Assembly (NCBI GenBank): GCA_965205655.1
Contig: CBDBIJ010000029.1
Span: 64,766 to 128,765, forward strand
Direction: 5' to 3'
DNA length: 64,000 bases
Origin: Candidatus Latescibacterota bacterium
Lineage (GTDB): Bacteria; Latescibacterota; UBA2968; UBA8231
The notes beneath the pieces were generated by a model. That model was not told the DNA's origin. It saw only the letters and a program-made list of their open reading frames with translations, and did no database searches. Positions 8,270 to 18,623 of the stretch are shown in pieces. Made by a program: the position numbers and the translations under genes. Within the stretch, counting starts at the first letter, position 1. Each line of letters begins with the position of its first letter.

Positions 8270-9913
8270 ATGGATGCAGAACGACACAAGGCGCGCTGGC
8301 GCAAACGCCGGATCATCTACAACAACGACGGCGACGACGTCATAGAAGCGCGCTCCGGCATGGAAAACGAACACGATGTAGCCGAAGGCCTGATGGTGCG
8401 CCGGACAGGAGATACGGTCCAGGATTTCCTCGATACCCGCAGCACACCACTGATCGGCTCGCAGGTAGACAGCAACTGGTTCGCCAGCGCCATGGCCGGC
8501 GTCACCTTTTCCCACCACACCAAGCTCGGCGGTTTTTACGGCGAGGGGGTCCCCTTGGAACTGGTGGAGAAGTACGGTCGCGACGCGCTCCAGGTCCAGC
8601 TGGACTTCAGCCACGAAAACGGCATGGAGGCGGCGTGGGCTTTGCGCATGAACGACGTTCACGACTCATATCCACCTGGAAGCCGCCGTTGGAACTATGG
8701 TTTGGCAAAGTTCAAGCGAGATAACCCGGAATACATGATGCGCGAAGAGCCTGACTGGGATAACCTGGAACATCCCGAAAATGTGCCGTCGTGGTCGGGA
8801 TTGGATTTCGCCATTCCACAGGTCCGGGATCACATCTTCGCCATCATCGAGGAGGTGGCGGAGAACTACGACGTCGACCTCATCGGCATGGAGTTCTTCA
8901 AGTACTTCCCGTTCTTCCGCGAATCGCTGGACGGCAGCCCCGTCGAGCCCGAGCACCTCGAGATGATGAACGATCTCCTGCGCCGAATTCGCCGCATGGC
9001 CGACGACGTTGCCAGCCGTCGCGGCCGCCCACTGCTGCTGGCCGCCCACACCCCGTTCAGCCTGGAGGATTCCGTCCACGTCGGCGTAGACCTGGAAACA
9101 TGGCTCAAGGAAGGACTGATCGACCAGTTTTGCCCCGGCGGCAATATGGAGTCCGTCTTCCGCGATTCCTACACCGACATCATCGCATTGGGACACAAGT
9201 ACGAGGTCCCGGTCTATCCATGCGTGTCGTGGGCGTTTTGGGATCGCTGGGTATTCCTGGGGCACAGCGAGGGCAAATACAGGGATTACCGCGAATGGTT
9301 GGAAACCCTCTACGGGGGGCAGCCCGATCGCCTCGGCAAACCGACGTATATCCTGGTGTTCAATCGGTGGGAGGGCGCATTCCCGGCCTGGCGCGGCGCT
9401 GCCATGAACATGTTGAATGCCGGCGCCGACGGACTCTACATCTTCAACCCCGGATTGGGAGATCCGCGGTGGTGGCGGGAGATCGGCGAGGTGGCGACCA
9501 TGGCGGGAAAAGACAGACTCTACGGCATCGACCGTTTCGAAGGAGCGACCAGCTTCAGCCACCTCAAGGAGGTAACACTCGAGCCGGACGCCCCCCTGTC
9601 GGTGAGCTTTCAGGTGGGTGAGGACGTGGGGGCCGCAGGCGCCAGGAGTCTGGATTTCAGCCTGCATCTGTGGGACCATGTTCCGAGTGATGACCTCTCC
9701 GTGAAACTCAACGGCGCATCTGTCGAGGGATTGGAACCGGCAGACCCGGACCGCAACCCACAGGAAGGCCAGTGGCTGCAGGCCAATCTCGATGCCAGAC
9801 AGATCGAGCGAGGCGAGAACTTGCTCGAAGTGGCGGTAAAAGAACGGGGCGCCTCCGCCTCATCTCCGGTTGTGCTGGATACCGTGCAGCTGCGCGTGCG
9901 CTGCGAATCCTAG
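8270..9913 (+). CDS. Glycoside hydrolase-like (GHL10/DUF187-like) TIM-barrel protein with C-terminal beta domain
   Basis: RRIIYNNDG, LRMNDVH and LDFAIPQVR..YDVDLIGMEF patterns; family call is tentative. Confidence 0.6.
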   Translation: MDAERHKARWRKRRIIYNNDGDDVIEARSGMENEHDVAEGLMVRRTGDTVQDFLDTRSTPLIGSQVDSNWFASAMAGVTFSHHTKLGGFYGEGVPLELVEKYGRDALQVQLDFSHENGMEAAWALRMNDVHDSYPPGSRRWNYGLAKFKRDNPEYMMREEPDWDNLEHPENVPSWSGLDFAIPQVRDHIFAIIEEVAENYDVDLIGMEFFKYFPFFRESLDGSPVEPEHLEMMNDLLRRIRRMADDVASRRGRPLLLAAHTPFSLEDSVHVGVDLETWLKEGLIDQFCPGGNMESVFRDSYTDIIALGHKYEVPVYPCVSWAFWDRWVFLGHSEGKYRDYREWLETLYGGQPDRLGKPTYILVFNRWEGAFPAWRGAAMNMLNAGADGLYIFNPGLGDPRWWREIGEVATMAGKDRLYGIDRFEGATSFSHLKEVTLEPDAPLSVSFQVGEDVGAAGARSLDFSLHLWDHVPSDDLSVKLNGASVEGLEPADPDRNPQEGQWLQANLDARQIERGENLLEVAVKERGASASSPVVLDTVQLRVRCES

Positions 9914-10025
9914 TATGACCACGCGCTCGAGCGCACTCCGGCCTGACCCGTCGTCGGTGCAGACCGATGCGCCCTTGACCGAGGACCTCCAGAACCGGTA
10001 ACTGATTTCAGAAGGAGAAACCGAG

Positions 10026-11393
10026 ATGGCAGACAATCTGGAACTGATGAGCGACGAGGCCATGCAGGAGTTCATCCGCAAAGGGTTCGTCAGTTTTCAG
10101 GCCGACATGCCCGCCGGCTTCCACCACTCACTCTACGAGCGGACGGCGGAGCTGATGGAAGAGGCCGGCAATCCGGGAAACAACATCGTGCCGGTGTTGC
10201 CGGAGCTGCAACAGGTCCTGGACCATCCAAAGGTCGCCGGCACTCTCACCAGCGTTCTGGGAGCCGGATACCATGAGCACGCGCACCGCTACTGCCACCG
10301 CCGCGAGCTCGGGGCCGAAAGGGGATACCCCGCGCACAAGGACGGAGACAGCCGCCATCATCACCGCACCCGCTGGTGCATGGCCTTCTACTACCCACAG
10401 GACACGACCCTGGAGTTGGGCCCGACCTCCGTGGTGCCCGGGTCACACTACTACAACCAGGAGCCCGACTCCGAGGTGGGGGACGAGATGCCCGTCTGTG
10501 GAGCCGGCGGCACCGTCACTATCGTTCATTACGATTTATGGCATCGCCGCACCGAGAAACCGGGCGATGGCCACCGCTTCATGTACAAGTTCCTTTTTGC
10601 CCGCATGGAGGAACCGACCTCGCCGACCTGGGATTCCAACGATCTCAGCTGGCCCGAGGCAGACGACCGCCGCAATCTCATGTGGAGAGCCATGTGGGAG
10701 TGGAGCGCTGGCCGCAGCGACAACGGCCCTCAAAGTGCCGACGACGGCGACGTCGGCGAGCTGCTCGGACGACTCGAAGATGCCAATGAGACCACCTCCT
10801 TTCAGGCAGCCTATTCGTTGGCTACCATGGGCGAGCAGGCAGTGCCTCAGCTGATCACACGGTTGTCATCCGACAGTGAAGACGTGCGGCGCAACGCCGG
10901 CTACGGCCTCTCGTCGGCCGGCCAGGCCGCGGTGCCGGCACTCGAGGAAGCTGCTGGTGCCGAGCGCGCCGAGACCAGAGCTGCCGCCGTCGATGCCCTG
11001 GCCCACATGGGCCACCCTGCCGCACCGGCGACCGGGACACTGCAGGCAGCTCTCAAGGATGAGGACGACGATGTCCGCAAGTACGCCTCCTACGCCCTCT
11101 GCAATGTCGGTGACGCGGCGGCAACCGCCGTCCCGTCCCTCATCGACGCACTCGACGATTCTGAGGTCTGGGTAGTCCGCAACTCTTCGCTGGCACTGGC
11201 AAGGCTGGGTGCAAAGGCTGCCGAAGCCGTGCCGGCGCTTGCCCGCAACCTGCACCACGAGAATCGCTACGTTCAGGGGAAGGCGGTGTTGGCGTTGAGA
11301 CGCATCGGCACCCGGGAAGCGACCGATGTGTTGATCGAGCACCTAACGACGGCGAGGTGGTGTCCGCTCACGAGCTCGAAGAGCCAATATTGA
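10026..11393 (+). CDS. PhyH-family dioxygenase fused to C-terminal HEAT repeats
   Basis: AHKDG, GPTSVVPGSH and YDLWH motifs, followed by repeated VRxxAxxAL...AVPxLxxxL units. Confidence 0.85.
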   Translation: MADNLELMSDEAMQEFIRKGFVSFQADMPAGFHHSLYERTAELMEEAGNPGNNIVPVLPELQQVLDHPKVAGTLTSVLGAGYHEHAHRYCHRRELGAERGYPAHKDGDSRHHHRTRWCMAFYYPQDTTLELGPTSVVPGSHYYNQEPDSEVGDEMPVCGAGGTVTIVHYDLWHRRTEKPGDGHRFMYKFLFARMEEPTSPTWDSNDLSWPEADDRRNLMWRAMWEWSAGRSDNGPQSADDGDVGELLGRLEDANETTSFQAAYSLATMGEQAVPQLITRLSSDSEDVRRNAGYGLSSAGQAAVPALEEAAGAERAETRAAAVDALAHMGHPAAPATGTLQAALKDEDDDVRKYASYALCNVGDAAATAVPSLIDALDDSEVWVVRNSSLALARLGAKAAEAVPALARNLHHENRYVQGKAVLALRRIGTREATDVLIEHLTTARWCPLTSSKSQY

Positions 11394-11435
11394 CGTCCGC
11401 TGCGCTGTTGTGATTAGGTCGCGCAGTGGGCCCTT

Positions 11436-12455
11436 TCACCGAAGGCTGGAGCCCAAAATCTCGGCCAACCTCGGCCTCATCCCCTCGGCCATCCGGGCAA
11501 AACCGAGGTCGTTCGGGTGTCCCCCGTCAACCGCGCCATCCGTAAAATCGGCCCCCAGATAATCCGCGGCCTCAAGCACATAGACCCCCCGATCACCCTC
11601 CTGCTTCTGGGCTTGAACCGCCGCACGGATAATGTCCCGCTTCTCCCCTACCGTCTGCTGAAACTCTTCTGACCAGAGTTCTTGATTGTAGAAAATCGGT
11701 GTGGTCGCCAGAAGCGGCGTCTGTGGCTGGGCCTCACGCAGGATATTCAAAAAGGGTTTGAAGCGTTCGCGGAGTTGCTCAGGGCTCGTATTCTGTCCCA
11801 CGTCCAGCACCCAACAACAAGCCTCGACCTCGGCTAGAGCCTCTGCCACCTCCAGGTCGCACCGCCCCTTCCCGGCAAAACCGAAATTGGCATAATCCAG
11901 GTTGAGGTCGCGGGCGAGCATGGCCTGATAGCTCAGCCCGGGGCGGGAAGCGCACCCCCCCTGGGTAATGGACGTACCGTAGAACACGACCGGTTTCTCA
12001 ACCGCAAACGGCGCAGGCAGCTCAAACCCAGCGCCCTCATCCACGCCAATTGCGAGCACCTCCACCGGCCCGTAGAGGGGCAGGTACACACACACATCCC
12101 GCATCTGCCGGGGCACTCCGTCGAACAGGGACAGCTCTGCCTCCCCGCCTTCCGCGCCCGGAATCCTGGCCGACCAGCAGCGGCCGTCCACGTAGGTGGA
12201 AATCCCGTGCGAAGCATACTGCGTCATGTTCGGGTGAATTGAAAATCCGGGAAACCGGGCCTTCACGGAAAGCGATCCCGTATCGGTACGAAATCGCAGG
12301 CGGCCACCGGCAGTCTGCCGCCCGGCCTCAAAAAGCCACCTGGGCAGGCGCTCCTTCATGCGTTCGGGGAATCGCCACAGCATCGGCGCGGTCTCTGAGA
12401 ACCAGGGAAACCCGCAGACCTGACAGTTCGGATCGGGAAAAGACAACCACTGCAT
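11436..12455 (-). CDS. SGNH/GDSL hydrolase with N-terminal beta domain
   Basis: FYGTSITQG, NFGFAG and DGGHPND motifs. Confidence 0.85.
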   Translation of the reverse strand: MQWLSFPDPNCQVCGFPWFSETAPMLWRFPERMKERLPRWLFEAGRQTAGGRLRFRTDTGSLSVKARFPGFSIHPNMTQYASHGISTYVDGRCWSARIPGAEGGEAELSLFDGVPRQMRDVCVYLPLYGPVEVLAIGVDEGAGFELPAPFAVEKPVVFYGTSITQGGCASRPGLSYQAMLARDLNLDYANFGFAGKGRCDLEVAEALAEVEACCWVLDVGQNTSPEQLRERFKPFLNILREAQPQTPLLATTPIFYNQELWSEEFQQTVGEKRDIIRAAVQAQKQEGDRGVYVLEAADYLGADFTDGAVDGGHPNDLGFARMAEGMRPRLAEILGSSLR

Positions 12456-12563
12456 AAAACTTCCTCATCGTCCCGGATGAAAGCCGGGATCTGACCGGAG
12501 GGTGGATCGCGTTTATTGCCGCTCCCATGTCTCGGACGAAGCCAGTATCGTCGATGATGACTG

Positions 12564-12890
12564 TCAGCCGGTCGCTGTGATCATGTAATCACCAGAGGAT
12601 GTGATGGTTTCACCTCCCATAGTAGTAGCAATGATCAACTTGCCTCCTGCGATTTCCAACGTGGCCTCCACCGAGTCCACATTTCCGATTTCCACGGAGA
12701 TTGTGTACGTCCCATCGGCACGTATCACCATGGTGGTGGCCTGCATGAACTCTTCAGAAACATCAGGATCGCTTGAGGATACTCCAACCCAAGTGCCCAC
12801 AAGCTCGTTTCCGGGTCCCGTCGGAGTGTCATCGCCGCACCCGATGATGGCGGCAAAAAGGCACAGCGGAAGCAACCATCTCATCATCAA
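12564..12890 (-). CDS. Small putative lipoprotein with beta-rich domain
   Basis: Signal peptide plus lipobox-like IIG-C and LVGTW motif; start and end uncertain. Confidence 0.5.
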   Translation of the reverse strand: MMMRWLLPLCLFAAIIGCGDDTPTGPGNELVGTWVGVSSSDPDVSEEFMQATTMVIRADGTYTISVEIGNVDSVEATLEIAGGKLIIATTMGGETITSSGDYMITATG

Positions 12891-13009
12891 TACCCCATTC
12901 CGGACTATTTGCTCTGAGACCGACAATCTCAGCCAACTTCGGCCTGGCGGCCAATATCCATAGATTTAATACTGTTGTGAATCACGACTATCGAGAAAAG
13001 GAGTGAACT

Positions 13010-13738
13010 GTGTCGCAAGCGAAAACACTCAGACAACGCATGAAAGACGGCGAAGTGCTGGTTGCCCTACGCGGCTCGATACTGACGAGCAAAAACGAGC
13101 TGGCCGATATATGGTCGACAGGCAATTACGACTATGTCTGGATAGACGGTCAGCATACCGCCTTTCGCGAAGAACAGCTGGTCCAGTATTGCGCCGCTGC
13201 CGAAGAATTGGGCATCGACGTGCAATTGCGCATCCCCCACACCCGCCATGCCTATCTGGTCGGGCGCTTTCTGGACTTCGGATTCACCGCGGTGCTAATC
13301 CCCGAAGTGATGGAACCCGAGACGGTGGATGACGCCATCGCCTATGCCTATTACGGACCGATAGGACGACGCAGTTGGGGCGGTCTCGCCCGCCGGGGCC
13401 TGGCCCTGCGGCCTGATCGGCTCGATTATGCGGCCTGGTGGAACGACTATGTGATTTTAGCTCTTCAGATAGAATCCGCCGAAGCGGTGACCAATATTCG
13501 CAAGCTGGCCAAACCCGGGGTAAGCGTCGTCACCTTTGGACCGAACGACCTCACATTCAGCTTGGAGGGCCATCCGGAATATCCGCTGCAAAACGTCGAA
13601 GATTGTATGCGCAATGTGGCCGCGCAACTGGCAGGCACCGGCATACGTCTGGCCATGGGCACGCCAACAGAGCCGGAAGAGCGCGATAGGTACCTGGAGA
13701 TGGGGGTCACACTCTTTATGCAAACCGCGCCGGCCTAG
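13010..13738 (+). CDS. HpcH/HpaI aldolase-family protein
   Basis: YDYVWIDGQH, LQIESAEAV and FGPNDL motifs. Confidence 0.88.
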   Translation: MSQAKTLRQRMKDGEVLVALRGSILTSKNELADIWSTGNYDYVWIDGQHTAFREEQLVQYCAAAEELGIDVQLRIPHTRHAYLVGRFLDFGFTAVLIPEVMEPETVDDAIAYAYYGPIGRRSWGGLARRGLALRPDRLDYAAWWNDYVILALQIESAEAVTNIRKLAKPGVSVVTFGPNDLTFSLEGHPEYPLQNVEDCMRNVAAQLAGTGIRLAMGTPTEPEERDRYLEMGVTLFMQTAPA

Positions 13739-16104
13739 CGCTGCCCGGCAGGGGCGGCGTCCGCCGCATGAGGACGAGGATGACGGCGATGAGGACGAGG
13801 GACGCTGCACCCAGCGATGGGAAAACGGCGTCGAGGCCGAGCCTGACCTCAATGACGCCGAGAATCTGTACCGCGGCGGCGCCCACACCAAAGGTGAGAA
13901 CGAACTTGGCACCGAAGGCGGCGTGGTGCAGCCTCTTCGGAGTGAGCCGGGCGACGAGAGTGTTCTCGATCGGCTGCATGCCGAACAGGAAAAAGAAGTA
14001 AGCCACCGCGAGCAGAACGAGCCCTGTCTCGGCGGCCAGAGACATGAGGAAGGTGAACAAGGCCACCAAAACCTAGTGTTCCGTCGCAGAAATACAGTGA
14101 CATATTCGTTTGACCTTGGCAAGGATCGAGTCGGCCGTGGCCGTCCACCCAAAGGGATGGGCGTTGGCGTTCCATTTGTCGGTGTAGCGCTCGATCCTCT
14201 GAATGAGCTCTTTGACCTTGCGGAATGAGCCACGCCGGATGGCTCGCCGCGTGATGATGTTGAACCAGATCTCGACCTGGTTGAGCCACGAGGCGTAGGT
14301 CGGAGTAAAGTGGAGGTGGAATCGGGGCCGGCTGGCCAACCACTTCTTGACGCTGGCGTACTTGTGGGTGCCGTAGTTGTCGACGATCAAGTGAACGTCC
14401 AGATCCGCAGGCACGTTCGCGTCGATATGGCGTAGGAACTGCAAAAACTCCTGATGGCGATGACGAGGCTTGCACTGAGTCAGGACTTCACCGGTGGCCA
14501 CATCCAGAGCGGCAAACAGCGTTGTGGTGCCGTGTCGCTTGTAGTCGTGGGTGACGCCCTCCGCGTAGCCCAGGCCCAGCGGCAGCAACGGCTGACTGCG
14601 CTCCAGAGCCTGCACTTGGCTCTTCTCGTCAACGCACAGGACGACGGCATGGTCGGGCGGGTTGAGATACAAGCCCACAACATCGCGTACCTTATCCACG
14701 AAGAAAGGATCAGTGGACAGCTTGAAATTCTGGGTCCGGTGCGGCTGTAAGCCGAATGTGCGCCAGATGCGATGGACCGCGTCCTTGGTCAGGCCGGTCT
14801 CCTCGCCCATGGAGCGCACCGTCCACTGGGTTTTGTCCTCCGGCTTGGTCTTCAGTGTCTTGTATACCACCTCGGCCACTTGTTCGTCCGAGATCGATCG
14901 GGGCGCACCGGGTCGCAGCTCGTCGTACAACCCGTTGAGGCCGTTTTCCACGAAGCGACGACGCCACTTGCCGACGGTCACTTGTGACAGCCCCACAGCT
15001 TCGCCGATGGCCTTGTTGGGCCATCCCTCGGCGGCCAGCAACACGATCTCGGCGCGTCGCACCAAACCGTGCGGCAGGGATCGAGATTTGGCCATTGATT
15101 CCAATTGCTGCCGAGTTTGCCCCGTCATTTCGAGAGGTGGAAGAAAGCGTCCGCGTGGCATGAGTTTCCTCCGTTCCTTGTTTGTGGAATAGGTCTGGAT
15201 GAAACTTAACCACACAACTGTACTAGTACAAGTTATTTGTACGACAATACACTAGGTACCCGCGCTTCAACTCGAAGCGCTCGGCCACACGTCCACCGGT
15301 GTACTGCCCGAATATCCCGACGGCGAAGACGAGTGAGGCGATGGCGGTGGCGGCCACGTTCTCGGAAACGCCGCCAGCCCAGGCGGCCAGCTGCTCGAAG
15401 ATGCGGTGGCTCTCCACTTCGAAGTATGCCGGCAGTATGACGGTGGCGCCGCGGTAGACGAGTCCCCCCAACATCATGGCCACCAGCAAAATGAGGAAGG
15501 GACCGAGCATACCTCCGTCCCGCTCGGCGCCATCGTCGGCGGCGTCCCCATCCTTTTCCCGCGGCGAGAGCAGGACAGACAGGGCTCCCACAACATTGAG
15601 GCCGGCCACGGCGACGTAGGCCATCTCCGGACCCCACAGGTAGTTGAGGATGCCGGCCAGCAGCGGGGCCACGGCGATGCCGAGGTTGCCGAACATGCCG
15701 TTGTAGCCGAGGCCGATACTGACGCGTTCCAGGCGTCTGGAGATCCAGCCGAGCCCGGCCGGATGGTAGATGCCGGAGAACAGACCCAGAGCTGCCAGGG
15801 CCAGAGAAAGCCTGGTGGGATCATCGATCCACAGGGCGGCGGCCACACAGCTGAGGGCGGCGCCGGTGTGATACAGGAAGAGGAGGCACGGGGCCCCCCA
15901 CCGGTCAGTCAGCATCCCCCACGGCAGGGCGGTGACACCGAAGAGGAGGTACATCCAGAAGGATATCGCCAGCACGGCTGCCATCGATAGCTCGAGACGG
16001 GCGGCCAGCGGCAGAACGAGCGCCGGGAACACGAGCATGTTGACGTGGCTGAGAAAGTGTCCGAAACAGGTGACGACGAGAATGCGGCGGTCACTGGAAC
16101 GCAT
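13716..16104 (-). pseudogene. MFS transporter interrupted by IS630 copy 2
   Basis: The 5' part (15255-16104; GMLTDRWG, SGIYHPAG) and the 3' part (13716-14073; FGMQPIENTLVARL) flank the IS. Confidence 0.88.
14074..15254 (-). mobile_element. IS630-family insertion sequence, copy 2 (transposase 14073-15161)
   Basis: Reverse complement of copy 1 with a handful of substitutions; TA at 14074-14075 and 15253-15254, each within CTAG. Confidence 0.93.
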
Positions 16105-16268
16105 AGATACAGGCTCAGGGTTGAGTCGCGCGGTGGAGTGTGGCTCACATCACAGCAGTGATGGTCGGCCAAGAGTGGCTAAACTGGCAACCCTTATGCC
16201 TGTAGCGCCACCCGACGACTCGAGCATGACGTACGCTACGAATACTCAACCAGCGGAGGAATAATAGG

Positions 16269-16765
16269 ATGACGATCGAGTGGAAATTGGCTTTCGAACA
16301 AGACAGTGAGCTTGTGACCGTGAGCGGCAGCGCCGCCGCTGTCGCCGATGCCGTCCGACGGGGCGCCGATCTGCGACTCTACATGACGACGCCGACGTAT
16401 GAGGAGACTCTCTACTTCCAACAGACATACGCCGGCGAGGGTGACGCGTTCGCCGGATTGATGAGCCACCATCACTCCTATGTATGGGACGGAAAGCCGT
16501 TCGGTGAACCCTACGTCTGTCTGTTTAGATACGACGCCTCGGGGGGCTTTTCCATGGTTAAGTGGCTACTGGGGGATCGAGCCGAGGATCACAGCTCGGC
16601 CGGTGCCTATGGTGTCTATCGCTGGTTCGTCTGTGACCGCTGGAAGCCGGTCTACGAGCATGACGCACACGGCAATTCCGTGGCCGGCAATTTGAGTGAT
16701 CTAATGGAGGCGGTCCGAGCCGGTCTGTCCATCCGTGTCGGGGTGCGCCAGCTGTTCGGGTTGAG
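16269..16765 (+). pseudogene. Hypothetical protein truncated by IS256 insertion
   Basis: The ORF runs into the left IR of the IS256 element at 16766. Confidence 0.6.
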
Positions 16766-18146
16766 GAGCTATAATCAGAAGGTGTGGAAATAGACAGACG
16801 GCGATCCTACCCTTCCTTTGTAATTAGCCATCACAAACGCCGGGGCTATCCCGGCAGGAAGAGGAGAATCGCCATGGCACAACCTAAGCCGAGCACGACG
16901 GAAATGTCCATGCCCACGTTCGAAACGCTGGAAGAGTGGACACGCTCGCAGATTCAGTCGCTGATGCAGTCGGTTCTGGATGAAGAAGTCACCCATGCGC
17001 TGGGACGGTCACGGTACGAGCGACAGGCACCGTTGGACGCAGCCGGCGGCTACCGCAATGGGTACGGGAAGCGGCGGCGACTGTCCTTGACCTCGGGCAC
17101 GATCGAGGTGAAACGCCCTTGGGTGCGGGGTCTGGAAGAGCGATTTGAGAGTGCGGTACTGCCGCTGTTCGCCCGGCGCACCCAAGAAATAGGTCAGCTG
17201 CTGCCAGAGCTTTACCTGCACGGTTTGTCTCAGGGCGACTTCGAGCTGGCGCTGCGCGGCCTGCTGGGCAAGGGAGCGCCTTTGTCGGCGTCCTCGATCG
17301 CTCGTTTGCGTGAGAAGTGGATCGTCGAATACAACGCCTGGCGCAGCGACTGGACGACTGGATGACCGCGAGCTCGTCTACGCCTGGGCGGACGGGATCT
17401 ACGTCAAAGCCGGTCTCGAGAAGCAAAAAGCCGCTCTCCTGGTGGTCATCGGCCGCGATGAGCGATGGGCGCAAAGAAGTCCTGACGATTGTCCCGGGCT
17501 ATCGCGAATCGACAGAGTCGTGGCGGCGTACTGCGCGATCTGCGTGACCGCGGACTGAGCGTGGCGAAGTTGTTGGTGGCGGATGGGCACCTGGGTATCT
17601 GGGCGCCCTGGCAGAGGTCTGGCCGGAGACGGCTGAACAGCGATGCTGGAATCACCGCATCCTGAACGTGCTGGATAAGCTGCCAAAACGCGTGCAGGTC
17701 GAAGGGCGGCACCTGCTGACACAGATCCCGTACGCGCCGACCCGTCAGGGAAGCGACGAAACGTCGCGATCAATTCGCCAAACGGTTTCGCCGCGAGTGT
17801 CCAGACGCCGTCGATATCCTTGAGCGCGATTGGGACCGTATGGTGACATTCTACGACTTTCCCGAGGCCCACTGGCAACACCTGCGCACCACCAACGTCG
17901 TCGAAAGTCCCTTCGCTTCGGGTACGGTTGCGAAACCAATGCGGCCAAACGATACAGGAAGGTGGCCAATGCCACCGCCCTCATTTGGCGGGTACTGATG
18001 GTGGCCGAGAAACGATTCCGGCGACTCAATGCACCGCATCTCATGGCTGACGTCTACGCCGGGGAGTGCTACGAAAACGGATCACCCATCGCGCAAAGGA
18101 AGAAGATCGCCGCCTGAGTCGTTTACACACCATTTGACCCTAGCTC
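16766..18146 (+). mobile_element. IS256-family element with frameshifted transposase (16874-18117)
   Basis: IRs gagctataatcagaaggtgtggaaa / gagctagggtcaaatggtgtgtaaa; RNGY, WADGIY and LRTTNVVES fragments spread across several frames. Confidence 0.85.
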
Positions 18147-18372
18147 GAGGCGAGCGACGATAGCGTGCAATCGACTCCCCTCGATACGAGTCAACCGGTC
18201 GATGAGGCTGGCCAGATACCATCAGAAGCCTCAGCCGAAGACGGCGGAGAGGGGAAGGCTCGGCCGCCCACAGACGCGAGCTGACTCACAACGGCAGTGC
18301 GGCGCTGTTCACTTCCTCATTTCTTGACAGAGAGTAATAGCTCACAGTTACCCTAGCTTCAGTTGATGATAC

Positions 18373-18449
<77 letters not shown>

Positions 18450-18467
18450 TATAACACATACAGAACG

Positions 18468-18504
18468 AGCGGTTGCAAGGCTCCCGGCCATTGCAACCGC
18501 TTTT
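18468..18504 (+). terminator. Intrinsic terminator after tRNA-Thr
   Basis: agcggttgcaa/ttgcaaccgct 11-bp stem followed by T residues. Confidence 0.75.
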
Positions 18505-18623
18505 GGTTGTTGTGTTGAACCGGTCCTCAGTCTCGCATTCCGCTCCTGAAAGCGCGTCGTGAAACAGTTTTCGCATCCAACGGCGTGCCTTTTATCCCCG
18601 ACTGCAGGAGGAGTAGCGGCAAT

